64,000 nucleotides of DNA, taken from positions 1 to 64,000 of the IMG/VR virus record IMGVR_UViG_3300011254_000489, one strand, 5' to 3'. Positions 19,534 through 29,992 of the stretch are shown here, in pieces. The notes beneath the pieces are model-generated. The model did no database searches and had not been told where the DNA came from. It saw only the letters and a list, made by a program, of their open reading frames with translations. A program made the translations under genes and the position numbers. This DNA is from a virus. The number at the start of each line of letters is the position of its first letter. The first letter of the stretch is position 1.

Positions 19534-19908
19534 ATGAAGGTGGATAAAATGAATACAGTAAAAGATAAATCAGTGCTTTTTGCACATACAGAAGAGAAGT
19601 GTCACTCATTGAAAGTGTCACCGACAAGTGAAGAATGCCTCAAGGTTTGGGTTAGAGAACCCACTTGGTTAGAAGTAGAAAAAGCCTTGACTACCCTTAT
19701 GAAGATAGATGCGAAGAGTCAAGGCGTAGACATTGACTTGAATGGTATGTACCGATATTTGGTAGAGAAATTTGTAGTTAGAACAGAACCAAGTTTGACC
19801 ACAATTGAATTAATCCGTTTGAATCCGTATATCGGAAATCAACTAAAAGAAATACTCCCTAATCCATTGGATGCCTTTTCGGAGGATGGAGAAAAAAACG
19901 AAGAATGA
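19534..19908 (+). CDS. Tail assembly chaperone (gpG-like)
   Basis: Between tail tube and TMP; ends with slippery heptamer A AAA AAC. Confidence 0.75.
   Translation: MKVDKMNTVKDKSVLFAHTEEKCHSLKVSPTSEECLKVWVREPTWLEVEKALTTLMKIDAKSQGVDIDLNGMYRYLVEKFVVRTEPSLTTIELIRLNPYIGNQLKEILPNPLDAFSEDGEKNEE
19893..19899 (+). other. -1 programmed ribosomal frameshift slippery site
   Basis: AAAAAAC in X XXY YYZ phase (gaA AAA AAC); the -1 frame reads CGA AGA ATG AGA into ORF 19905. Confidence 0.75.
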
Positions 19909-20123
19909 GAGATGCAATTAGGCAAGGCCCAAAAGACCTTCCTACTGCCTCTCTCTTAATCACATACACGCTCAGTAAAGCCTTATCAATAAGCCCGCTA
20001 GAAATAATGAAGATGCCCGCTAATATGGTAATGGACTTTTTATACATACATAGAAACTTTGAAGAACTCAAGTCCGATACAATAGAACAAGAAATGAAGA
20101 AGGTGAAGAACAGTGGCGGGTGA
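19905..20123 (+). CDS. Tail assembly chaperone C-terminal part (gpT-like)
   Basis: In -1 frame of upstream chaperone; SPLEIMKMP helical motif. Confidence 0.7.
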   Translation: MRDAIRQGPKDLPTASLLITYTLSKALSISPLEIMKMPANMVMDFLYIHRNFEELKSDTIEQEMKKVKNSGG

Positions 20124-21519
20124 AGATGTTAGGCAATTGACTAGGCAAATAAACCGTTTAGTTAAGGCTTATGCTCCTTTAATGGAAGCACAAGCCCAAG
20201 TAGCAGAGGCACAAGAAGAAGTTAATGATTCTGTAGATAAAGCAAAAAGCGTTTTTACTAGATTTGCTAACTCATTAAATAACCCTCAAGGCAAAATGAG
20301 AACTTTTCTTAAGTTGGGTTATGCCTTTGTTCCTATGTTTTTCCGTGTGAAGAATGGAGTTGAAATTGTTTCGGGGGCTATTGGTAGATTAATGGATTCC
20401 GTAGGCGACCCCAATAAAGGAGGCCCACTACTTAGTTTACTTAGAGGATTAAAAGGAGATTATAAATCTGCTAAGAATCTTATATCGGGAGTAGATAGTG
20501 AAGGAAATAAAGTTAGTAGGAAGGATGCGGCTAAGGATTTCTTCGGAATTACTGCTATGGGAAAACTAGGCAAGGGCTTTCTAAAAATGTTCAAGAGAAA
20601 CGAAGAACAGTCCGATAAAATAAAAAAGTTCGGTGTTCTTAAATCTTTGAAAAGCGTTGGAGCAGTAGCATTAATGCTAAGTAAATATTTATTCTTGGGT
20701 ACTTTGCTTGTTCCTCTATTGTTAATGTTTTTCAAATCAAAGGCTTTTAAAGAAGGATTAAGTGCTGTTATTAGCACTTTAAAAACAGCATTCAAAATTG
20801 CTTCAAAGGGATTCTCTCTTATTAAAGATGGAGTTTTGCGATTAATTGGTGTTTTTAGAGGTGAGGGTGGTTTCTTTGAGAACATGAAAGAAGTATTTTT
20901 TGCTATCTTAGAGATTGCCGGAGGTATTTTATCAGTATTGTTTTCTTTACTTCTAGCAACATTAGGTTCTGTTATAGCGGGAGTATTAGGGACTATTCTC
21001 TCTTTTTTAACTTTAAAATTTAATAAAGTTGTAGAGCAATTAGGCGAGTTAAAGAAAAAAGCAGAAGATAATGCAGTGTATGTTGCGGGTGTTGCAATTG
21101 TTATTGGCGCACTTTTTGTAATAATAAAGGTTGGATTGATGTATTTAGCGGCTACTATAGCACCAATGGTTGCTCTAATTGCAGTTGGGATTGCCTCCAC
21201 AGTTGCTCTTGTGGCTTTGCTTGTGATGGGTATTAAGAAATTCAAAATTTTCGGTAGCGGAGGAGTTACAGGTTCCGGTCTTTCTATTGTGGGAGACAAA
21301 GGGCCGGAGTTAGTAAAATTACCACAAGGCTCTAGAGTACATTCTAACAAAGACTCAAGAAAGATGCTTTCGGGTGGGGCTACTAACAACATTACAGTCA
21401 ATGTTCAAGGAAGAATAGGAGCCTCCGACACAGAACTAAGACAGATTGCTACTAAGGTTGGTCAAATGATTAACAAAGAAGTGAATAGAACAACCTCTTC
21501 AAGAGGAACATTAGGGTGA
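20113..21519 (+). CDS. Tape measure protein (short)
   Basis: Helical Ala/Gly/Leu-rich with hydrophobic stretches; C-terminal FGSGG...IVGDKGPELVKLP...VHSN motif typical of TMPs. Confidence 0.85.
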   Translation: MAGEDVRQLTRQINRLVKAYAPLMEAQAQVAEAQEEVNDSVDKAKSVFTRFANSLNNPQGKMRTFLKLGYAFVPMFFRVKNGVEIVSGAIGRLMDSVGDPNKGGPLLSLLRGLKGDYKSAKNLISGVDSEGNKVSRKDAAKDFFGITAMGKLGKGFLKMFKRNEEQSDKIKKFGVLKSLKSVGAVALMLSKYLFLGTLLVPLLLMFFKSKAFKEGLSAVISTLKTAFKIASKGFSLIKDGVLRLIGVFRGEGGFFENMKEVFFAILEIAGGILSVLFSLLLATLGSVIAGVLGTILSFLTLKFNKVVEQLGELKKKAEDNAVYVAGVAIVIGALFVIIKVGLMYLAATIAPMVALIAVGIASTVALVALLVMGIKKFKIFGSGGVTGSGLSIVGDKGPELVKLPQGSRVHSNKDSRKMLSGGATNNITVNVQGRIGASDTELRQIATKVGQMINKEVNRTTSSRGTLG

Positions 21520-21523
21520 TTAA

Positions 21524-22207
21524 ATGCCTGACCACTATGTATTTTTAAAATTGGGCGCAGGTAGCGCAAACGGTAACGACTTGACTACGAACATTATTCC
21601 TCTAAAGGCTACTAGTGTAGATATTTCAACAACTAAAACAATCCCTTCAATAGATGTTCCTTTGGGTGGTCTATTACAAGGAGAGTCTGTAACTGCGGCA
21701 TTAGATTTAGGTATGGCTTCTAAAACAGTAAGCGTTAATGGGTATATTTTAGAAGATACTATAGTGAAAAAGTTTAGTGATGATGCGGCTTCAATTAGTA
21801 GAACCTTCACTGCTATTGAAATTGCTCAATTAATTCATTCTAGTATTGATTCTACAGGACTTCAACCCTACCAAGCCATTAATGAATTAGTATTTCTTTA
21901 CGATTCTAAGGTAGATTCTTCTTATACTCAAAGAACACCCGCAGGAGCAACGCAATTAATCCCATTCACCTTTGCATCTAGAGGGGAAGGAGGATTAACT
22001 ACAGGTACTCTAGACAATCAAGGAGTAGTAAAACCCAATACATTCCCTACCAATGAATATTCTAATGGACTAAAGGGCTTTGTTCGTAGTTTTAATAGTA
22101 CCATTGATTCTACTACTATTGATATTTCCTTTTCATTGTCCTTTGAGATAGCCACAGTATTCCCTTCGGGCAACATATTAACCACAATAGAAGAAGCATT
22201 GGAGTGA
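21524..22207 (+). CDS. Distal tail/hub-like protein
   Basis: Directly after TMP; ALDLGMASKTVSVNG pattern. Confidence 0.55.
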   Translation: MPDHYVFLKLGAGSANGNDLTTNIIPLKATSVDISTTKTIPSIDVPLGGLLQGESVTAALDLGMASKTVSVNGYILEDTIVKKFSDDAASISRTFTAIEIAQLIHSSIDSTGLQPYQAINELVFLYDSKVDSSYTQRTPAGATQLIPFTFASRGEGGLTTGTLDNQGVVKPNTFPTNEYSNGLKGFVRSFNSTIDSTTIDISFSLSFEIATVFPSGNILTTIEEALE

Positions 22208-22211
22208 TACA

Positions 22212-23345
22212 ATGTACCGTCTTTTAACAGGAAAGCAGAGAAGTTTAGTATTTCCTGTTATGTGTAATGCTCATGTTAAAATAGATTATAGCGATAATAT
22301 TCCTAAAGGGGTAGATGGTTCAAGAGGTTCTAGTGATGATATTACTTATGGTATTTGGAACCATACAGACTCATTTACTATTGAATCTACTTTTACGCCT
22401 TATGATATTAACGGATATGCTTTGAAGACTAGTGTACCTTCAACTACTTCTTCCGAAAGGTCAATGAGTGGAATTAGTAAATCAATTGCTGATAGTAGTT
22501 CTACTAGAAATAATTATACTTCTTTCAAATACCTAGCGTATAATGATAAAGAAAACTATGAAATGAGAATATTCCATAGTACTAAGGCTAAACTTTCTCT
22601 ATTAAATGTTACAGACCATGCGTTAAACAACCCTTCACAATACAAAATACGGTTTGCTTTGACTCTAAATAGCACCACTATTACTTTAGATAGTCCTATT
22701 GTTATTGCTCCTGTTTTTGGTAAGCCTATTGCTTGGGCTTCCTTTGTCGCAAAAAGTGTCTTTGATGCTGATAGTGTAGTGACTTATGCTCCCGCTACGA
22801 CAGTCGCTATATCGGGCAACTCCGGCACGACAGTAACCTTTGCTTCAACCGTTACAAATGATTTTCATGTAGACCAATTACTTTACATTCAAAGTGGCTT
22901 TGATGTTGCTTTGGTAGGTAAAATAGCGGCGGTAGGTACTACCACCATCACTTTAGATAGCGCATACTCTCCCGATTTGACCGGCAGTACTCTTGTAGTG
23001 CCTACGACCAAGAACCCATTATACGCAAATGAAGTACATCATGTGGCGGCTACATACAACCAATTCAATAAGAAAATGACAATCTACTATGGCGGGGTAG
23101 AAGTTGCTAGTACCTTTCACACTCAAAGCACTGACTTTTCTTTTGATAGAGAAGACTTTTATTTAGGGGCTAACGGTTCAGCAAATACAGGAGCAGATTC
23201 GGCCAAACTCAACAATCAATTCATGGGTGAGTTGCATGAATTTGCGTTTGTTAATGGGGCTAGAGAACAGTTTGATGTGACTTCATTAAACCCAAGATTT
23301 ACGGATGCGTTGCTTTATTTTAGATTTGAGGAAGTGGACGAATGA
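22212..23345 (+). CDS. Tail protein with LamG/ConA-like domain
   Basis: HHVAATYN...IYYGGVEV...FYLGA...FMGELHEFAF LamG signature, split by an inserted beta module. Confidence 0.7.
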   Translation: MYRLLTGKQRSLVFPVMCNAHVKIDYSDNIPKGVDGSRGSSDDITYGIWNHTDSFTIESTFTPYDINGYALKTSVPSTTSSERSMSGISKSIADSSSTRNNYTSFKYLAYNDKENYEMRIFHSTKAKLSLLNVTDHALNNPSQYKIRFALTLNSTTITLDSPIVIAPVFGKPIAWASFVAKSVFDADSVVTYAPATTVAISGNSGTTVTFASTVTNDFHVDQLLYIQSGFDVALVGKIAAVGTTTITLDSAYSPDLTGSTLVVPTTKNPLYANEVHHVAATYNQFNKKMTIYYGGVEVASTFHTQSTDFSFDREDFYLGANGSANTGADSAKLNNQFMGELHEFAFVNGAREQFDVTSLNPRFTDALLYFRFEEVDE

Positions 23346-26300
23346 CTGTTTATGCTATGAGAAAGGGTACATCACCAAACCCTACCGTAGTTACTACGGT
23401 TAATGATGCTACAAACAACATCAATTTCAATTGCCCTACTAATCCTCTTCTTGTAGACTCGGCTACTGTAGCCACTACAAACAGACTCTTTGCCTATATC
23501 TGCACAGAAGATGACCCCGTTTCAAAAACTTTCGTACAGAGATTGCAAAGTGGCGATTCCGCAGGGCATCAATATTCTAATTTGAGCAATACAGAAGGAT
23601 ACAAAATTCATTGCTATGACAATAATTCCGAAACGGGACTAAGGCTCAATGGTATAGCCCCCATATCTAGCCAAGCAAATGAATGGTTTGTTTTAGTTTA
23701 TTCCGATGATGCACTAACCCACCATTTTGCTAGAATAACTGAGATAAATACAGATGATGTTTCGGGCGATAGTTTTGATTTTGAACCGAGACTTGGTACT
23801 AAAATTCCTAGAGATACTAAGTTTATGGTTTTTCAAGGGCCGACTAAAACTGATACATCGGTTATTGCAGTTTCAGCAGGTATTTTGAATAGTGAAATAA
23901 CAGGCGGATATAGGTACAATAAAGCCTACATTACTGCAAGACCTATCTTTTATTTCTTTGATGATAGGCTAGATAAGAAAAATGAATTAGACCACAATAA
24001 AAAATATTATCTTAAATACGATGATAGTAATATGGGTTCTGCTACTGTTACGCCTTCTCAAACAAACTGTTTTGTTACTGTAGAGGACTTTAGTACTAGA
24101 ATATTAGATTATAGTAAATACACAATGAAGGCTAGCGTTATAGATAATTTAAGGGATTTAGATGACCCGACTAAAAACGCAGTTACTTCCAACGAAGGTA
24201 ATACTTTACCCACAAATGATTTTACAGATTACGATGAATGTTTTTTTAACTCTAGAAGAGATACCGATAATTATTTTTCGTCTAGTGCCGCTACCTTAGA
24301 ATTAAAAGGGCCGTACAGATATATTCACTATAATTATTCTCCCGAAAAAGCAAATACTAATTTTTCTTTAGTGGACTTTACAGTATTAGAATCAATAGGG
24401 GATAAAGGAGGCTACGCAGATGCTAAGTTATACGATACTCAAAGAATCTTACCAACTAAAATTAAAGAATTTGACTTGATGAGACTAAGACACCGAGTAC
24501 ATACTGCTAACATACACGAATTGTTTGCATTAAAGGCTAAGGTTAATTCTTTAACTTCGGGCCAAACTTATGTTTTTGACACGGAGTATGATTTATCTTC
24601 TCTACTAACTGTAGGTGATGAAGTGAAAGTAGGTAACAGAATGGTGATTGTAAAAACAATTGCTTCGTTTTCTGCTCAACAACAAACAATAACCTTTGAA
24701 ACAAGCAGTAGATTAGAGACAGAATCTTCCTTTAGTACTTCTTCCTACACTTTAACTGCGGGAGATAGATTATATCGTAGGGCTTGGAGTCAATCAAAAG
24801 GTAATCTTTTGACAACTTTCAAGATAATAGATAATAGAAGTAGTAACCTAAAGGTAGTTTTCAATAATCTATTAGAGGCAACAGTAACGGGTTCAAGTGC
24901 GGAAACTAAAACACTTACAGTTTCTTATGACAATTCATTGTATGAAGCATCTTCCTCTGTGGGTTTCTTTAAGGGAGCCTACACTATTGAGATAGAGAGA
25001 TTTGAAGGAGATATTGAACAGATAGATTCTGTTAGAGAGCATGGACAAAACTTCACTACAATATCGGGTCGTAGCAATTATTCAAAATTAATTTCTCCTT
25101 TAGTAAATAAAAACTATTCTTTCAGTAAGGATATTATCTATTCTAGTAATAGCCCTTACAATTCTATGGAGAAGGTTGGTACTGCTCCTGTTTTGTTTAG
25201 TAGTACTGCGTTTACTTTAGCGTCCACCACTGTAGACCCTGTAGCGAATGACCACCTGTTTGTTAAATACACAAATAAGAATATGGCCTACATAGGTCAA
25301 GTACAGGCATTCAATACCTCAACAGAATTAGTCACATTAACTTCTGCTTCCTTTACTTCTACTATTGATTCGGGAGGGGTGCAAGTAGAAGAGATTTGGA
25401 AAATCTCAAACAAGAATTATATATTATCCAAAGCATTATCGTCGGACAATAGAAATTCTATCTTCCCTACTTCTCTAACAGGTGCAACTGAAAAGGGATT
25501 GTTCTTTGAAAGCGGTGTAGATACTTCCAATAGTAATTCGGATTTAGTAGGTAGTTCTGCTTCTACGGACACTAGAGCGATTGGATACCACTTTAACAAT
25601 CCTACAAACATAAGAAAGGATGAAGCATTCCAAGCGGTATTATCCGATGGAGGGACTACTTATTCATCAGTTGAGCCTGTAAATACCTTGATGGATTTCA
25701 CAGTTGTTTCTTCTAGTACTAAAGACGGAAAGACTACACTTGAGTTAGCACCTTATGTTCCTTTGACATTAGGAAGATTGGAATACAATGATGCTGATGC
25801 TTCGGATACCACCTTTGACACAGTAGGAAATTCTGTTGGCGTTGTTGTTTTTGGTGACAATAAAAAGTACATAGAAGTTGATGGTCTAGCGAATAGCCCT
25901 GCGGAAAAAGACTCTGTTTACATAGCGGGTATTTTTGCAGGATATATTACTCAGTTAGTCAAGCCTAGTACTAGCACCAATTGGAGGATATATACAGATA
26001 GGGTCGTGGAGTATACTGCAAGTCAAGTAGTTAGTATATTGAATACTATTACTAGGGGTACTACAATTATAGAAGAAAAATATACTAGTGATTTGTACTT
26101 TGTTAATGGTGGGCATTTACATGGAGGTAAATTTGTTAGCCTATTGCACCCGTTTTTCGGTAATAATAAGCCGATGATTTTCAACATAGCGGCTACTTAC
26201 ATAACCGGAGTCCAAAGCACTACTTCGGAAATGTTTGGGCAACCACTGTATAGAATTTCCCACATGGAAAAAGGTACTTTTGATTTTGTTTCTCCTGCGG

Positions 26301-29300
26301 TAGTTTCTACTTCTAATAAAGACGCTTCTAATTTTTACTTAGGTGGTAGTAAATTAGGGTATTATGCTTCGGGCTACAAGATAGGTGGTGGTTCATATAT
26401 TGATTCTAGTACTTATTATGATAGCGTTATTGGTAGAAAGGTGGGTTTTCCGCATTTACCAATTGAAATGAGAGGGAACTTTCCTGCTAGTGGTTCCTTA
26501 TTTTTTGATTATGATGTGTATGAAAACGGTCATACTAAACCCACAATTTTTGTTAGTAGTGACCCAACGGATGATTCAGCCGCAATATCGGGTGGTAGTA
26601 GGTATCGTATTAAAGACATTTTAGAACAATTTGATTCTAAAGCAAGTAGACTATTTTTGTTTAGCAACAGTGATTTATTTCCATACACAAGTAATAGAAG
26701 TGACAGTTTGATGAATAGTTCGGTTGTTACTGCTAAGGACGATTTAAAGAAATTCAAATTGATGTTAATGTCAGCACCTACCTCAACTGCCGGTAGTGTA
26801 AAGCAATCTAAAATGGCTACTGAAGGTTCATCACTAGCATTGACAGACGAAAGTTATGAAGATGCCGCTATCATTGATGTTGATAAAAACATTACAGAAT
26901 TGAAAAGAGCAGGAATAATGAGATTGACTGAGGTAGTATTTGATGTGGCGTTCAATCAATTTAACCCCGAAAAACCTCCTGCCGAAAATAGAACCATACC
27001 CGAAGTAACTTATTATTATCATTCGTTTGCTTCTTTAAGTTGCACTGTGAGTTCTTATGGGTCTTCTCAAATAGTAGTCAATACGGCTATTTCAGTAAGT
27101 GATAACGACATTTTAGTAGATTCTAACCGTAATTTTATTGGTACTGTTAATGGTAATCAAAGTTCCGTGACAACTATTTCTTTAGATGCTAACCCTGTGC
27201 CTACTAATGGAGGTTCCGCTTATACGGGGGCTTTATACAAAGTTGATGAACTGTATAGAACGGTTATTAAGGGCCACGGTGGAGAAAGCAGTTTCTTAAA
27301 CTTTGAAAAGGAAATTAATTTCTTGAAAGGAGTTGTGCATAATGATGCTTATGCTCCTACTTCTAGTGAATTCGTTTCTATTTTTGGTACAAGTAATACA
27401 TTAATACGGCCTTCCAATGTTGCAATTGCTTCACAACAATATTCCAATCTAATTCTACCTTTAAGTTTTAATGATGGAATAGATGCTACTACTTCTATTG
27501 ATGGGGGAATTGGAAACTCAACAAGCGCACAACACTCTAGTACTTGGTTGAGTAAGGTAGATGCTTTACCTAATTCTAATAGTTCTAGTGTTGATACCAT
27601 ATTTCAAAATCAATTACATGGCGTTTTCTTGGGTAGATTTTCTGTAGAGGATGGTATTACTGATGCTGATGAAATGATGACTAAAGGGACTACTTTCCCT
27701 GCTAATAATAATACTCACTTAAGGAAGTACACAGAAGATATTACTACTATGAATATGGGATTAAGTAGTGCTAGCAATTTTATGTCATTCAAAAATAGTA
27801 TTGCTACAGAAAGAACGGCTCAATCTAATGACGCTGATGGAGTATTTATTGGGTTTAAGTTTAGACTTAATTTAGATAGTACTCTAGGCACAGTTACTAA
27901 AACCACAATAAATATGCCTAATGGTGATAGTGCCTATCAATACAAAATAACAGGTACAGAAATTCTAGATTTAGTAAAGGATTTAACAGGGTGCTATTTA
28001 GCCTCCGAATATGTGGCTGAATATTCTACAGGTTTTGGACAAAATGCTAGTTATCCGGCAAATCCGAAGGGAATAAATAACTCAATGCCTGTAGAGTTAG
28101 CCTATGTTTTGAGCCATGCAATAGATAGAAATGCCTCAACTCTTACTCATATCATAACAGTAGATAAAAATTTAACAGGAAAATATTATAGAGTCATGCA
28201 ACCTAACGAAACTACATTTTACAACTTTACCCCCAACAGAATTAAACTAAATACTCTATCTAGTGAATATACCAAAATACCATTTGAAGACAAAACCTAT
28301 CAAGGCACAAAGGATTACTTGCTTCTCAAAGGTTCGGGTAGTAGAGGTAATTTAGTAGGTTCAACTTATACTTACAGTAACGAAGGACACAACGAAGCGG
28401 TACTATCTATGTATGTTCTAGTAGACCCCGATATGCAAGCATTAGGTGGAAGTAGAGATGAAATAGTACCGAGAACCCATACTGCTTCTTATAATGTATT
28501 TGCTGATTCGGCTAATTACTATGAAAAGAATTATTCTTTATGCTTATCCGATGGGGATACAACCTACAAAACCTCGGCTGAATTTCAATACATAGGTGCT
28601 AGTGGCGGTGCATATGTAGAGTTTGGTGAAATGAAAACTATGAAAGGTATAGTTTCCATGTCCGAAACTTTCTCCGTAACCACATCAAAGAATGTTAAGA
28701 TACGACCAAAGAGAGCCATGATTGGTTCCGTGGTCAATGTTTGCAGTGAGGCAGAAAGTATCCTAAACGATTTATTAGAAACTAATGACATAGAATATTC
28801 TTTCTCGGATACTAATGACTATCCTCTTTTCTTAGCACCAAATTACAAAAGCACTGATTTGTTTTCTTCAATAAATTATGTATTGGAAAGAAAGGATAAG
28901 GCTTTAATTTACGAAAATGATGCGTTCTCAATTAGAAATAAAACTAATTCTACTCTCAATCCAAAGGTATTCATAACAGATAGAAACGACAAGTTCCAAA
29001 TCGGTGACTTTGGTAAGTCCGATGTGTTGTTTGATTTCTTCAATGAGATAATTGTTTATGGGGATTCACATGTTTCTACTAAAAGAAACTTAAGAAGTAT
29101 TAAGGCTAGAGGTAAGAAAACTTTAGAAATAGATGAGCCTACTATTTTTACACAACAAGATGCAGATAAAAGAGCAACTGAATTACTAAGACTACATTCA
29201 AGATTGAATCAAAAGGTAACTATTGAAATAGGGCAGAAGGGAATTTCTCACCTAAGAGCAGGGGACATTATTTCTTTAGAGTTAGTTAGAGAAAACATAG

Positions 29301-29656
29301 AGAAAAACCAATACATAATTTTGGAGATGGAGCATGGATTTAGCGGCTTCGTTAAATTGCAATTAGGAAGATTCTCTAAAGGGCTAGAAGATAGATTCGC
29401 TGAATTGTTAATTAGTACTAGAAAGAATAAGACTTTGCTTAGACCTAAAGAATTAGCAGAAGCAAATGAAAATGCTTCCTTCTTGGATAGTATCAAAATC
29501 AATGAACGCCGTTTGGTAATACAGACAAGAGTTTCTTCGGGCGGAAGTTCTTTTAGTATAGGGTTCGTGGAAGAAATTGGGTTCGGATTAGAAATGGGAT
29601 TCGGCACATCGGGTAGCACAATAACAACCACAACAGTAAGGGAGGTAGAGTATTGA
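23342..29656 (+). CDS. Giant (2104 aa) tail tip/baseplate hub protein
   Basis: Ser/Thr-rich beta protein; C-terminal hub-like region (FFNEIIVYG...ADKRATELL...LRAGDIISL). Confidence 0.7.
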   Translation: MTVYAMRKGTSPNPTVVTTVNDATNNINFNCPTNPLLVDSATVATTNRLFAYICTEDDPVSKTFVQRLQSGDSAGHQYSNLSNTEGYKIHCYDNNSETGLRLNGIAPISSQANEWFVLVYSDDALTHHFARITEINTDDVSGDSFDFEPRLGTKIPRDTKFMVFQGPTKTDTSVIAVSAGILNSEITGGYRYNKAYITARPIFYFFDDRLDKKNELDHNKKYYLKYDDSNMGSATVTPSQTNCFVTVEDFSTRILDYSKYTMKASVIDNLRDLDDPTKNAVTSNEGNTLPTNDFTDYDECFFNSRRDTDNYFSSSAATLELKGPYRYIHYNYSPEKANTNFSLVDFTVLESIGDKGGYADAKLYDTQRILPTKIKEFDLMRLRHRVHTANIHELFALKAKVNSLTSGQTYVFDTEYDLSSLLTVGDEVKVGNRMVIVKTIASFSAQQQTITFETSSRLETESSFSTSSYTLTAGDRLYRRAWSQSKGNLLTTFKIIDNRSSNLKVVFNNLLEATVTGSSAETKTLTVSYDNSLYEASSSVGFFKGAYTIEIERFEGDIEQIDSVREHGQNFTTISGRSNYSKLISPLVNKNYSFSKDIIYSSNSPYNSMEKVGTAPVLFSSTAFTLASTTVDPVANDHLFVKYTNKNMAYIGQVQAFNTSTELVTLTSASFTSTIDSGGVQVEEIWKISNKNYILSKALSSDNRNSIFPTSLTGATEKGLFFESGVDTSNSNSDLVGSSASTDTRAIGYHFNNPTNIRKDEAFQAVLSDGGTTYSSVEPVNTLMDFTVVSSSTKDGKTTLELAPYVPLTLGRLEYNDADASDTTFDTVGNSVGVVVFGDNKKYIEVDGLANSPAEKDSVYIAGIFAGYITQLVKPSTSTNWRIYTDRVVEYTASQVVSILNTITRGTTIIEEKYTSDLYFVNGGHLHGGKFVSLLHPFFGNNKPMIFNIAATYITGVQSTTSEMFGQPLYRISHMEKGTFDFVSPAVVSTSNKDASNFYLGGSKLGYYASGYKIGGGSYIDSSTYYDSVIGRKVGFPHLPIEMRGNFPASGSLFFDYDVYENGHTKPTIFVSSDPTDDSAAISGGSRYRIKDILEQFDSKASRLFLFSNSDLFPYTSNRSDSLMNSSVVTAKDDLKKFKLMLMSAPTSTAGSVKQSKMATEGSSLALTDESYEDAAIIDVDKNITELKRAGIMRLTEVVFDVAFNQFNPEKPPAENRTIPEVTYYYHSFASLSCTVSSYGSSQIVVNTAISVSDNDILVDSNRNFIGTVNGNQSSVTTISLDANPVPTNGGSAYTGALYKVDELYRTVIKGHGGESSFLNFEKEINFLKGVVHNDAYAPTSSEFVSIFGTSNTLIRPSNVAIASQQYSNLILPLSFNDGIDATTSIDGGIGNSTSAQHSSTWLSKVDALPNSNSSSVDTIFQNQLHGVFLGRFSVEDGITDADEMMTKGTTFPANNNTHLRKYTEDITTMNMGLSSASNFMSFKNSIATERTAQSNDADGVFIGFKFRLNLDSTLGTVTKTTINMPNGDSAYQYKITGTEILDLVKDLTGCYLASEYVAEYSTGFGQNASYPANPKGINNSMPVELAYVLSHAIDRNASTLTHIITVDKNLTGKYYRVMQPNETTFYNFTPNRIKLNTLSSEYTKIPFEDKTYQGTKDYLLLKGSGSRGNLVGSTYTYSNEGHNEAVLSMYVLVDPDMQALGGSRDEIVPRTHTASYNVFADSANYYEKNYSLCLSDGDTTYKTSAEFQYIGASGGAYVEFGEMKTMKGIVSMSETFSVTTSKNVKIRPKRAMIGSVVNVCSEAESILNDLLETNDIEYSFSDTNDYPLFLAPNYKSTDLFSSINYVLERKDKALIYENDAFSIRNKTNSTLNPKVFITDRNDKFQIGDFGKSDVLFDFFNEIIVYGDSHVSTKRNLRSIKARGKKTLEIDEPTIFTQQDADKRATELLRLHSRLNQKVTIEIGQKGISHLRAGDIISLELVRENIEKNQYIILEMEHGFSGFVKLQLGRFSKGLEDRFAELLISTRKNKTLLRPKELAEANENASFLDSIKINERRLVIQTRVSSGGSSFSIGFVEEIGFGLEMGFGTSGSTITTTTVREVEY

Positions 29657-29991
29657 TTACAGATTCAACAAGACAGGCTATAGCCACGCACCTCAAAGAC
29701 ACCTACACGAAGGCTAGAATAGGCTTAGGAGGCAATTCTACAAGTCCCGTTGCTACAAACTTAGATGTACCCTTGTCAAATGTTATTGCTACAGTTAATT
29801 CTTTGTCCGATTTGAATGTCGTTGATTTCAAATTTACTGTGGCGGGTTCTTCAATTTCGGGTCTAACTATTAGAGAGGTTGCTATTTTTAATGCGGGCTA
29901 TACAGAAATGCTAACAAGAATAAACTTTGAAGGCATTGGGCCTTTCTCTTCGGGAGACTTAGACTTTTTCGTAACTATTGAGGTGGAATAA
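29653..29991 (+). CDS. Small tail/baseplate protein
   Basis: IGLGG...IREVAIFNA...MLTR pattern of tail-collar-like proteins. Confidence 0.55.
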   Translation: MITDSTRQAIATHLKDTYTKARIGLGGNSTSPVATNLDVPLSNVIATVNSLSDLNVVDFKFTVAGSSISGLTIREVAIFNAGYTEMLTRINFEGIGPFSSGDLDFFVTIEVE

Positions 29992-29992
29992 C

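Noticed and set aside
20460-21401. 313-aa antisense ORF opposite the tape measure gene
   Set aside because: Shadow ORF caused by codon bias of the hydrophobic TMP; it has no motifs and is on the wrong strand for the operon.
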